DNA of 64,000 bases from Adineta vaga (Eukaryota; Animalia; Rotifera), in assembly GCA_021613535.1 (NCBI GenBank), contig CP075496.1, forward strand, positions 6,820,001 through 6,884,000. The letters are read 5' to 3'. Shown piece after piece: positions 40,329 through 52,616 of this stretch. Within the stretch, counting starts at the first letter, position 1. Each line of letters opens with the position of its first letter. The position numbers and the translations under genes were made by a program. The notes under the pieces are model-generated. The model was not told the origin of the DNA. It was given only the letters and a program-made list of their open reading frames with translations, and searched no databases.

Positions 40329-41355
40329 TTAGATTGGTTTCATACCAACAGCAATACACATATTGTCATACATAAGAAATGCAATAATCGAATGTGGACC
40401 TAGACGCATCCAATTGGGTAAAAAACCCTTGTACAATCCGTAGACACCTTCTGCTTTAACTGATTGAACAAGACAATCATATACACTGGAATATCTACCT
40501 AAATGAGCAGGAGTATTTTGATATCGAGTTTTAATTACATCGACTGGTGACGTTGTCAATGAACAAATAAGACCAGCGAAAAATGATGCAACTGTATGTA
40601 AAGGTAAACCTTCTTGCATATAACCATGATCAATTAACAATCTTTTTATTTGATCATAAGATGCAACTTGACTTCCAGTTAACACAGCAGCTCGAATCAT
40701 TGTCGGTGCCCATCCTTTGTAAAGACCTGCTAAACCTTCGGTTTTACCAACATCGATAAGTCCATGCATTAAACCACGATACCGTCGTTCACCTTTCACT
40801 TGTAAACGAATTTTAACTACATCTAATGGTGTCGCAAAAAAGCTTGATATAGCACCTGCACATGTACCAGCTGCAATTTTCTCATGAAGATGAATACCAC
40901 CGCCGAATATATTTTTAAAAGGTTCATACAAATACTATTCAGATAATGACAATCAGATAAGAATTAAACAGAATGGCGAATAAAATCTTACAATTCGCAT
41001 TCCAGAATAAGTTGCATCTCGTAATGTACCAGGTACAGCACCTCGCATAAGACCAGCTAAACCTTCTTCTTGAATGATTCTAAGTGATCCTCGAACAAAT
41101 CCTTTATAGTAACGATTTTGCATTTGTTCACTAACACTCCGTGTTGCTTGTAATTCTCCATCAACTTGCATCCGTGTTTTGATTACATCGATTGGACTTA
41201 AGTTAGAATTAAATACGAAAATACAATATATCATCTCTTCCATAATGAAATTACTTTGTACAAAAACCAGCAAAACCCTGAGAAAAACTTGCAAACGCAA
41301 AACGAACAAGTTCATTCGATTTAGTTTGTGGTAATGAGTTAGATTGCACTGCCAT
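40329..41355 (-). CDS. Mitochondrial carrier, UCP-like (ucpB/SLC25A14-30 group), 3 exons
   Basis: Three PX[DE]XX[KR]X[RK] signatures (PIDVIKTR, PLDVVKIR, PVDVIKTR) plus LYKGFLPNWMRLGPH. Confidence 0.9.
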
Positions 41356-42178
41356 GGTATTAATTATAGTTTGTTGTTGCGTCTCAACGAAGAAAGAAAC
41401 AAGTGATGTTGTCTTTTTTTCAATATTATTTACCTGTTTTCTTACGGATCCTCGAAAGTGTTAGTCATAGATAAAACCGAACGAAAAAAAAGTCGGAGTG
41501 GTTTCTACGTTGTATTGATAAGACATTTTCATTCAGTGAATTTGACATTATTCTTTCGACAGATAAATTCGAAATCGATTGTTACTGCCGTCTATTTCAA
41601 ATAAGATAATCACGTAGAGATAAATCATCCGTATGATATCATACTATCTTCAATGATACTCTACATATCAACTTGAACAAAATAATGTGTGAATAATGAG
41701 CATGATTTATCTTTCTCACTGATAACTATATTTCATTGCAATTAGTAAATGATAATAAGAAAAAAAGTCTACAGTACGATCAATCAAATACGTTAGTTTC
41801 AACGTGTACTATGTTAAGTATTATTTGTATGTATTCGTTCTTTTATGATCTTTTATCTATCACTAGCGTCACCTATTATTTGGTATAAAAAATCAGATTT
41901 TATCTGCAGAAATTTTCTTAAATCTGTTTAGAAAATATTATTTTAATTGTTTTTGAAGATTTTCAAAAGAATGCAGAAGAATATTATATTGTTCAAAATG
42001 GGAATATTTCAATCGAATATTGATTGGTACATTTGAGTCTTTGTAAGAAATCATTTGAAATTTAGTAATTTTATTTCATCGTTTCTGTTAATCGTACGAA
42101 TTCTACTTAAATTCATAATTTTTATTCATATCTATAGAAATATTTAAGATTACACTTTGCATAGTTTAAATTGAAATA

Positions 42179-43715
42179 ATGGGTCGACCAGGTAATTTTC
42201 AGAAGAAAAGTCATGAAGATATAATGTACATCTTATTCGTATAGATTTTCGTGGAGGTCGTGGCGGTGGCGGAGGACGTGGAAGAGGTATGTTTACTTGA
42301 TTTGTGAATTGATATGAAAATCATCATTATTAGGCGGTGGTGATCGAGGCGGTTTTCGTGGTGGACGAGGTAAGATTTTTGAAGAGTGGCAACGCTGTGA
42401 TTTACATTTCAATTGTTAGGTGGACCCCGTGGCGGAGGTGTACGCGGTGGTGGTGGACGTAAGTAATTCATCAAGATGTTAATTTTGTTCATTGAATCAT
42501 CGTATTTTAGGTGGTCGTGGTGGAGGAGGTCGTGGCGGAGGTCGAGGTGGTGGTCGAGGTAAACTGAAATAATTACTTATCATACGAAAAAAAAATTTTT
42601 TTTCACTAAAAAAAGGTGGTGCCGGCGGTGGAAAGAAAGTTATTGTCGAACCACATCGTCATCCAGGTTAGTTTTCTTATTCTTTTTATGTATTTTCATT
42701 CTAAAATATCATTTTTATAGGAGTATTTATTGCTCGATCAAAAGATGATGATATGTTATTAACTAAGAATATGGTTGTTGGTGAAAGTGTCTATGGTGAA
42801 AAACGTATCAATGTTGATGTACGTTAGATTTCATAGAATAAAGTAGTTAATTGAATTTTTTTTTCTAGGGAGAAAATCAAGATAAAATTGAATATCGTGT
42901 ATGGAATCCATTTCGTTCAAAATTAGGTGCAGCAATTCTTAGTGGTGTCGATAATATTCACATGCCACCAGGTACCAAAGTTCTCTATCTTGGTGCTGCT
43001 AGCGGTACAACTGTATCACATGTATCCGATATTGTTGGACCTGTATGTATTTCATTCGATTTACTATTCTATTATATCTATATGATTTAACTAAAGGATG
43101 GTCTCGTCTTTGCTGTTGAATTTTCTCATCGTTCTGGTCGTGATTTATTGAATGTTGCTAAGAAACGAACGAATATTATTCCGATTATTGAAGATGCACG
43201 TCATCCACATAAATATCGAATGCTTATTGGTATGAAACAGTGTATTTATTGTAAAACAATCGTCTATTGAATTTTATTCTAAATAGGTATGGTTGATACA
43301 ATTTTTGCCGATGTTGCTCAACCAGATCAAGCTCGTATTCTTGCACTGAATGCACATCATTTCTTGAAAAATGGTGGACATTTTGTTATTTCAATTAAAG
43401 TAAAATAAAATAAAAAAAGAATTGTATTTCATATATTGAACTTTCTTTTTAGGCTAGTTGTATCGATTCTACAGCCACACCCGAAGCTGTCTTTGCTGGA
43501 GAAGTAAAGAAACTTCAAAGTGAAAAACTTAAACCAAAAGAACAACTTACATTAGAACCATACGAACGTGATCATGCCATTGTTGTTGGTACTTACCGGT
43601 AAGATCAATTGTTTATTCATTAAAGTTTGATTTTCATTACATTTTGATCTATTTTAGACCTGTCGGTAAAAATAAGAAAGAAGAAAATGAAACAAAAGAA
43701 CCAATGGAAGATTAA
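42179..43715 (+). CDS. FBL: rRNA 2'-O-methyltransferase fibrillarin
   Basis: RGG/GAR micro-exons, then [46 protein letters not shown] and LEPYERDHA. Confidence 0.97.
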
Positions 43716-44030
43716 TAACATTGTTGTTAGAAATTCAACAATTTTGTGTTGGCGTTTTATGCCTGTTATTTGTATCGTTTTGTTGTTGATTAAAAATAGC
43801 AAACACATATTTGAAAAAAAAAAACTAACGAATAATTCTTACGATCAGATAGAATGTTTTCACAAAACTAGAATAACAAATCAAATCTTTTCATTGAATA
43901 AGATACGATTGTCGTCATGTGTAACTTGATTTTATTATTGAATTTCAAATTCTTTTTAATGAAATTTTCATGTCCGAAGCCTTGCATACAGATAGAATTC
44001 ATTCTCTTTTTCTTCTTATTATTTAACAAA

Positions 44031-44778
44031 ATGAGTACCTTACGACAACTCACAAATTCAGCACGAAAAGCTTATTTACCAGTAAGATTCTTTTTCATAC
44101 TTTTCGAAATAATATTGATATGAATTTGAATTCAGCGAGAACGTTTGACAAATGAAGAAGAATTCGGTAGACAATAATCTTTCTTTATTTACGATATATA
44201 TAATAGCAAAATTTCATATTTCTATAGAATATACTCAAGCATTTATTTTATTTGATCGTGATGAGGATGGATTGATTAATGCAAAAGAATTAAGTATACT
44301 CATTCGTTCATTAGAACAAAATCCAACGGATAATCAAATTCAACAATTAATTGAAAATATTATTGATGAAGGTTTGTTAGAAAAGATTTAAACTATCATT
44401 TTTAACTATTACAATTGTAGATTGTAATTTAATTGATTGTAAGCAATTTTTAACTATGATGTCTATTTTAAAAAAGAATCGTGAAGCGAATAATAAAAGA
44501 GAATTACGTGAAATGTTCAATGCTATCGATATTGATTGTAATGGATTGATTGATAATGAGGAATTACGAGCCGTTATGCCTTTGATAACCAATGGAAATG
44601 ATGAAATGAAATTAACAAAAGAAGAAATTGATGAAATGATTGCAGAAATTGATACGGATAAAGATGGACGGTTATCATTCGATGGTAAGCATATAGAAAT
44701 TGTATCAAAACTAACTCGACAGGATCATTTCTTTTTATCTATTTAGAATTTGCTGCTATATTTGAAGAATCGTCATAA
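44031..44778 (+). CDS. Calmodulin-like EF-hand protein
   Basis: EF loops DRDEDGLINAKE, DIDCNGLIDNEE and DTDKDGRLSFDE; EF2 is degenerate; 5 exons. Confidence 0.85.
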
Positions 44779-45678
44779 TAAATTCGAGCTTTTTTTCTTC
44801 ATTTATTTAAGATGAACTCTTTCTATAATAAAATATTAATCTAACATGAGAAACTGTATAGTTTTAGAATGAAGATATCTAGTGACATCTATCAAAAAGG
44901 ATTTATGTAGAAGTAGATTCTATTTTGAGTAAGAATATATATGGAGGTTTACAAATTTATTATCAATGGATCTTGAATTAACCATTCAAAATAAAAATAT
45001 GAAAATTGTTGTTGATAGCAAAGCAAAGAGTGCAATTGACTTCCGTTCCGTTATTTTTTTGTTTGGATCGTTGGTATCATTGAGTGAAGAATTTTATGAT
45101 AAGATATTATTTGATGTTCTTCTATATGAATAGGTTTTCGTAATGTTCTATTTAATGTATCTAAGGACTAGACTATATTAACGAATAGATTATTCATGAA
45201 TTGACACTAATAACTCTGAATATTAGATTCTGAAAGTACTTGTTGTTGTTGTTTTTTTCATTGAATTGTAGATCAATTTTGGCATCAGAGACAAACAGAA
45301 CGAATGTCGACAAACATCTATTAATTCATTCCAAAAAAGAACGAATAATAACAAATAGACCTGCATCGTTCTTGGTTTTTTCGCTGCTACGTGCGTGCGC
45401 ATGTCAAATTTACTAAATATTCGTCATTATAAATCAATAGTCAACCCTAGACGTGGGTCAATAGCAACAATATATAATAGATCTATCCAGCGCATGACAA
45501 CAACACCAATGTCGAATCCAACGAAGTGAGTCACAAAAGTTGTCAAATAAAATGACTAAGTGTATATATACAACGATTAGAATACAAAATACTTTACTGT
45601 TTTTGATACATTCATAGATAAATAGAGTGTTCGATGGTTTTGATCAGAAAAATCGTTTGAATGAATATAACTTTCGAG

Positions 45679-45709
<31 letters not shown>

Positions 45710-45723
45710 GTATATATATATAT
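45679..45723. repeat. (TC)n/(TA)n compound microsatellite; similar short tracts at ~715-734, 17550-17572 and 23561-23581
   Basis: Directly visible dinucleotide runs. Confidence 0.85.
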
Positions 45724-46018
45724 TTATTTAGAATATTTCTTGAATATTAAACAATTGAGTGAAAGTAAGCATTCGCTGATGTATTTACCTTAGCTTATCG
45801 TATCGATATCATATTTTTTGTTTATCTGTATTTGTCTACGATATACACGTACACAATTCTTATCGTTCTCGATCCTATGTTTTCTTAATGATGTAAACAT
45901 TCGAGCTTATTACTTTCTGATCTGACTGATACATATATATATATATATATCCGTTTTGACATAATTCATGTAAAAATATTCAACAAGAACCTTACATATT
46001 TGATTTGTTTTATTTAGT

Positions 46019-49000
46019 ATGGATATTACAGAAGAATCTACTTCTAAAATGGACACAAATAAATCATCAGATGGACCATTCCGTTCTATTACTGATCGTC
46101 TTCCCATAGGACCACTGGCTGTTGCTGGTCGCCTAATGTCTTGTTTATCAAAACAAGCACCCGTTGTTACAGCTAAACGAAAATATACGTTATCAACTAG
46201 TAATAATGACAAATCTTCATTATTTAAATCTTCACCGAACAGTCCATCGACTTTGATGCGTAGTTCCACAACAACTCCGTCGAATTTAGATCGTTTATCA
46301 AGAACAATACGAACATCGTTAGCAGCATTGGCACCCACACCAGATACTGTTGGACTCGATTTTAATTTTGATTCAACATATACACAATTACGTGAATTAG
46401 CAGATACGAATTGTAAATATTTTTCTCAACAAAAAACAGATGTTTGTAGAAGATTTGAACATTTATTAATCCAATTATTACAATCTATTGATACATCTAC
46501 TCCACATATTCGTTATTTAACAGATAATTTTCATCATTTTGATTACAGTCCGGAGGTATTTGAACTAATATTGTTCTCTTTAAACGTATCTATTTCTATA
46601 TTTATTGATCAATAGATTCGAGCAAATGGTTATCGATCATTGGTTGTTGCCCATGGTCAAGCATGTTTACGGACCTTAGATATTCTTCGACAAGTTGATA
46701 CAAAACGTGTTGGTTTATTGTTTAATCTAATGTATTCATCACGATTATTTCAAGATCTTGAATCTTGGACAAAAGCATTGATGGCAATGCAACGTATCAT
46801 AGCATTAGCAGTTAAAATGGTCGATTATTCAAAAAAGACAGCTCTTTATGTAAAAAGAAAAAAACTATTTGTTTTTTCTTCGAAAGTGATTATTATTTTC
46901 GATGAATATTTAGGTTGATGCTGACCATGTTCCACTTGACATCGAATTGGATTATTTCAAAATGGTCGCATATGATTCGGAATATTTTTTTGGTCGTACA
47001 TGTGGTTTTCAAGTAAGTACGAATGTTTCATTTGACAACTAATCTATTTTCGTATCATCGTAGTTTGCTCCATCCATGCAAACAATGCTTACATTTTTAC
47101 TAGCTGGTTTAGCTACTTATTATGAAACATTCAATCGATCTATACCATATGCTGCTGCTAGTCTTGCAACAGCACCGAAATATATTTTATTTCCTGAACA
47201 TCGAGCAAAGAAGGTTTGATTCTGAAGATGAATTCATTCCATAATTCTACAACATTTTTTCTCCATAGTGTGCTTCTATTTTTCGTGATAGTGATTATTT
47301 ATTTTGTAAATCATTTTGGAATATTGTTGATCATGATTATGTTAAAATGGGTTCACGTTATATCGTACCTAATGTAACAGTCTCAAAATATTTTCAAATC
47401 GGACCAGAACCTATTGAAATTGGTTCGACGATTATTCCACCACCTACAGCAACAGCAAATGCTGATGAAGAACCAAAAGAACGTGCAGCGGGAAATATTG
47501 GTGGAGGTTCAGATAATCCAACTGGTTCTGGTAGTGAACAACCAAGACAACTTGTCAATATAAAACTTCTATCGAGTGAAATTCGCGAAGGAATGAATGA
47601 ATTACCATTGAAAAAAGCTGATTTGGAAATTGCATCAACAACAATTTTACCAATGAGTGATCATCTTCTTCTGCATATACATGGTGGTGGATTTATTGCC
47701 ACATCATCAAGTACTCATGAAGTATATTATTCATATTTTCCAGTTTTCAACGGAATATAAAATCTATTTGTTTAGATTTATTTGAAACCTTGGGCATTAG
47801 GTTTGGAAATTCCTATTGTTTCAATTGATTATTCTTTAGCACCTGAATATCCCTATCCACGTGCTATTGAAGAATGTTTTTATGCATATGCATGGGTTTT
47901 AAAAAATGCAAATAAACTTGGATGGAATGGTAAAGTACTTTTACTTGCAGGCGATAGTGCCGGTGGAAATTTAGTTACTATTGTTACAATGAAAGCAATC
48001 GAAGCTGGTTTAAGAAAACCAGAGGGTATCATTTGTTTTTATACACCATTTATGCTTGGTTACAGGTAATTTAGATTGTTTCTAAATGTCGAAGAAAGGA
48101 TAATATTTTATGATCTAATCTAGCATGTCACCTTCGAGATTGATGGCTATTATGGATCCATTGTTAAATACGGGCTTTCTTTGGCGTTGTCTGGCTGCAT
48201 ATGCTGGTATTAAAGCGGATGAAGAACCAGTACATGATGATCTAGAATCTGCTGCCATTGATGATCGAGATAATAATCCATCTGAAAAACGTCGTAAAAT
48301 CGAGAAGATTTTAACATCAGCAGATGCAATTGTAACAGATTCAACAAAAAGTTCCACAACTAATCAAAATCCAGAATACATTCGAGATGATACATATTAT
48401 ACACGATTAGGTACAGTTGAAAGATCAATGAAATACTAGAAAGTATAGTTCAATTTTAGGTGATATCATGGGCTCACGTCAAGCTAAACTTCTTCGAAAG
48501 TTACGTGAATCAACTCTACCAAATAATCCATATATGTCTCCACTACTTGCATCGGATGATGTTCTTCGACAATTTCCAACAACATATCTCGTTGTAAGTT
48601 AATCTATTTCATTTATACTCGATATTTCTTTAGTGCTCTCCATTCTTTTTTGTCATCTGTCGCTTATTGTCGTTCTTCTTATGAAAATAGCATTGTTTTC
48701 TGAGCATACTTCAATATTTCAGGCATGTCATCAAGATCCTTTATTGGATGATTCCGTAACGTTTGCACGTCGCTTACGTTCATTATCTGTTGAACATCAT
48801 ATGGTTATTGTACATAATGTAACACATGGTTTTTTGAGTTTTTACAATGCCAATTATAATTGTAAAAAAGCAGCTGATCGTGTTATGAGTGATTTAGCAC
48901 GACGATATCAGATCGAAGGACCTCTATGTTTTCCAACAAAGAAAAAGAAACAAAATAGAAAAAACACTTTAACACCATTAACAAATCCAATCTTTCCAAT

Positions 49001-49031
49001 CTCAACATTTACAGATATGATTTCCGAATAG
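46019..49031 (+). CDS. LIPE: Hormone-sensitive lipase, isoform with terminal exon A (48723-49031)
   Basis: HSL N-domain (ANGYRS, FFGRTCGFQF), HIHGGGF, GDSAGGNL, NPYMSPLLA, ACHQDPLLDD and HGFLS. Confidence 0.92.
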
Positions 49032-49188
49032 ATCTTTCTCCATATTTATTATCCGTCTTTTTTGTTCTTATTGTTCTTGTTGTTTTTTTTCTGATATGAA
49101 CGCAAAAAAAATAGATATTTTAAATAATAATAAGAATAAGAATGATACTCTAATTATCTTTTCTTTTTTTCTTTCTTCTATTCTATAG

Positions 49189-49485
49189 CCATGTGCACGT
49201 GGTAAGTAATCATGAAAAAAGTTAAATTCTTTTCAATAAAATCTCTCTTTTTGAGATCCATTTATTGACGATAATGTGGAATTTGCCCGACGATTAAAAA
49301 AACTCAAAGTTCCGCATCATTTAACAATAGTCGATGAATGGCCACATGGTTTTCTAGATTTTGGTTTTGCTGCAACAGATGTTGCTCAATACAATATTGA
49401 AATTCTTAATATGCTTCAAAAAATTCTTCAACAATCATTTATCAATGCCGGTGACGTTGCAGAAGTGCCGTCTCGTATAGACTAA
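49189..49485 (+). CDS. LIPE: Hormone-sensitive lipase alternative terminal module B (13-nt micro-exon 49189-49201 plus exon 49256-49485)
   Basis: Splices in phase 0 to the donor after 48593 and gives PCARDPFIDDNVEFARRLKKL...EWPHGFLDF, paralogous to exon A. Confidence 0.8.
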
Positions 49486-49616
49486 ACCTATTTCTTCTCT
49501 TTTTTAAGTGTAAGTTTTTATCTATTCTCGCAAGATATATGTTTAACTTGTTCTTCTTTCATGTTTATTTGATTATATAAATTTACAGATAGACAGAAAA
49601 AAATAAAATCGAAAGA

Positions 49617-49799
49617 TTACTGTTGATAATAGTTCCATATTGGAATATTCATATATGGATTAGAATCGAGGCTTACGTATGTTATAGAATCTTGAATAAG
49701 TGTGTAACCAGGTGGAGGAAGTGGTCCATCGTATGGGACTCGAAAGGCATTAAAAGGATCATCATTGAAGATACCACCAGGAGCAAAAAACATATCCAT
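49617..49799 (-). CDS. Possible 60-aa Pro/Tyr-rich small protein
   Basis: ATG-initiated ORF, GC-richer than its flanks (MDMFFAPGGIFNDDPFNAFRVPYDGPLPPPGY...). No homology recognised. Confidence 0.4.
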   Translation of the reverse strand: MDMFFAPGGIFNDDPFNAFRVPYDGPLPPPGYTLIQDSITYVSLDSNPYMNIPIWNYYQQ

Positions 49800-50378
49800 T
49801 ACGGCAAACGTATAGTGATACTCAGGTGTACAATTAATAAATATTTTGACAAATTATCAAAATAGACACAATATATATATATATGTATGCGAAGAGAGAA
49901 GGAAAGATAAAAGAGAGAAAATTGCTTTCGATCGGTAAAAATAACCAATGAATGTTTTAACTATGACAATACTCACTATATTGCATCATGAAAATATAGA
50001 AGAAAAAAAAAGTCGGTATCGTTTCTTTTTCTTCTCCTGTCATGTCATAAAAGGCCAAATATTAATTAATATTTTATATAATATTTCTTGTTTTCAGTCA
50101 GACATACTCAATCAATGAATAGATATAATGTATGATTATGAAAATATTTCTCCTTTTAGAGAAATTTCTTTTGCTTCCTAGTTCGACTGATTTAATCTAT
50201 ATTAATGTCTACTGCCATCTAGTCAATTCGTATTGGATATATCTAGTAATCAATTAATGTTCAATAAAGAAAAAAAAATATATATTGTATTGTGTTTTCT
50301 TTCTATTGTTCGAACGTCTAGATAGAATTGATTTCATTCTGGACGTTTATATGTGTATGTGTATTTTCTTCTGATAAA

Positions 50379-51650
50379 ATGTTTACAAATGATAATAATT
50401 TAAGTCAAAAAAATGGTGATACTAACTCAATAGTTAATTTCGATTCCCGTCCAATATCGTCATCGGATTGTAAACGTGATTGGGTTTTATTAAATGTTGG
50501 TGGTAAACATTTCATGACAACACGTTCAACTTTATCCAAAGAAGAATCATTTCTTGGACGACTTTGTCAATATGAACCTGATCTTAAAACTGATGTTGTA
50601 AGTTTTGATAGTCTTTTTTTTAATTCATTAAATTCGATAAATATCTTTCGATGTAGGATGATAGAGGAGCCTATTTAATTGATCGTGATCCAAATTATTT
50701 CAATGTCGTTTTAAAGTAAATATGTTTGTTCTGTTCTGTTTCGAAATGCATGTTTTTTCTTTGTTTAGTTATCTTCGTCATGGTAAATTAATTCTTGAAA
50801 CAAATCTTGTCGAAGAAGGTGTACTAGAAGAAGCCGAATTTTATAATATACGACCATTGATTGAACTTGTCAAAGAACGAATTCGTGAAAGAGACAAACG
50901 AAAATTAAATGACGTAAGTCTGAATACATATGATAAGCAATCAAAAACATCATTTCTCTTTGCCACAAGTTGGATTAATTCTATTTTTCGACTCTAATAC
51001 TTGATAAAATCCACAGGGCATGAATGATATATGTTGTCGTTTAGATTATACACACTAGAGATTTTGCTCGACTACATTTTTAATGAGAAATAAATCGTGT
51101 GATAGATATATTTTAATGATGAGTTTACAAAATCAACATGTATACATAAAATATTCGAAGTGACAAGCATAACAAATCTTCATTGCATATTTTAAAATGG
51201 ATTGAAATGACTAGTTGTTTTTATTTTGATACTAGTCGAAGATTCTCATTATTTATTTTTGTTTCAATTGTTTAAATTCTCTTATATCTTTTAGTATCGA
51301 ACAAATCGTGTCTATCGTGTTATTCAATGTCAAGAAAAAGAAGTAACACAATTGATGTCTTCCTTAAGTGATGGTTGGAAATTTGAACAGGTAATTATTT
51401 TGTAAACAAACTTTATTGATATCTTGCTTTTTCAGCTAATTGGCCATTCACCAGTTGGATCAAGTTATATGTATCCTGAAGGTGAATTTCTATGTATTGT
51501 TTCTAAACAATATGATCGTGGTACGAGAGAAGATAATAATACTTCAGTCTCGGAACGAGTTAAAGTGTGTACAATAATTAGAAAAAAACGTAGATCAATA
51601 ATATGAGTATTTTATTTCAGATTCTGCAAGAACGTGGCTCACGCATGTGA
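50379..51650 (+). CDS. KCTD5: BTB/POZ protein KCTD5/KCTD2/KCTD17 family
   Basis: [46 protein letters not shown] and the C-terminal ILQERGSRM. Confidence 0.9.
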
Positions 51651-52499
51651 TCATTTTTTTCTCAATTGATGTTTTCTTTCGATCGTGAGAATGTTATTCC
51701 TGTCGGATAATTTTCCATAATTTTCTCTCTTTTTGTATATATGCGCCTTTTTTATTCGTGTGCAGTAGCTAGTCATTCATTCATCCAATCATCTCATGTT
51801 TTTCTTCTTTAATACTTCAACTATCATTGTGCACATTATTCAATAAGTTTGTATGAAATACACACTTATTCATAATTTTGGTGTTCCTCTTTTTCTTTTT
51901 GATGAATAATCTTAATACGCATAAAAAACAAAGAAATGTATTATTACTTGTTTGTGCAAGTACACAAATAATTCATCATTTGCAAGGAATCTTTGTCATG
52001 ATTGATTCATACGTCAGCAAAAAAGTAAATTATAAAATTTTGATTACCCATGAAGCCATAACGACGAGCAATATGATTTCAAGCTTTGCACTTGGAAAAT
52101 AGTATGTCGACCGTTTAAGTAAATACATAAATATGATTCGATAAAAAAAGAAATACTTATTGAATACGTAAAATAAAGAAACATGCGAGGCAATCGATGA
52201 CGTATTTTACCCTTTCTCCGCTTCTTGCTATGACGAATATCACCCTCTAAAAAGTCTTCTTGTTTTGGAGTCAGGAAAGAAAAAAATAGACGAGAACAAA
52301 GAAGGGAAAAACATAGAACCCTTATTTTTCCGTCCGCTATTCACAAGGATAATTTCGCAAGAAATGTATTTTTTTCTAATGACGATTCAACATATCCAAT
52401 AACAAAGGAGAAAAAAAAAGAGAAGGGTGGTGAGGGGAGAAAGAAAGTGAGAGAGAGGGAGGGAGGAAGGAAGAAAAGGAATGTGAATGCCGCGTCGAC

Positions 52500-52508
52500 T
52501 ATATAAAG
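52500..52508 (+). promoter_or_regulatory. Putative TATA box upstream of AMD1
   Basis: TATATAAAG lies ~115 nt before the ATG, downstream of a purine/G-rich tract (52420-52480). Confidence 0.4.
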
Positions 52509-52616
52509 AAAAAATAATCTTCACGTACATTTGTAGAAAGCAACCTTTTTCTTTTAATAACTTCACTCGTTTGTCGCTCAACAGCGAACTACTCGATAAA
52601 ATCGACGTATATCGCA

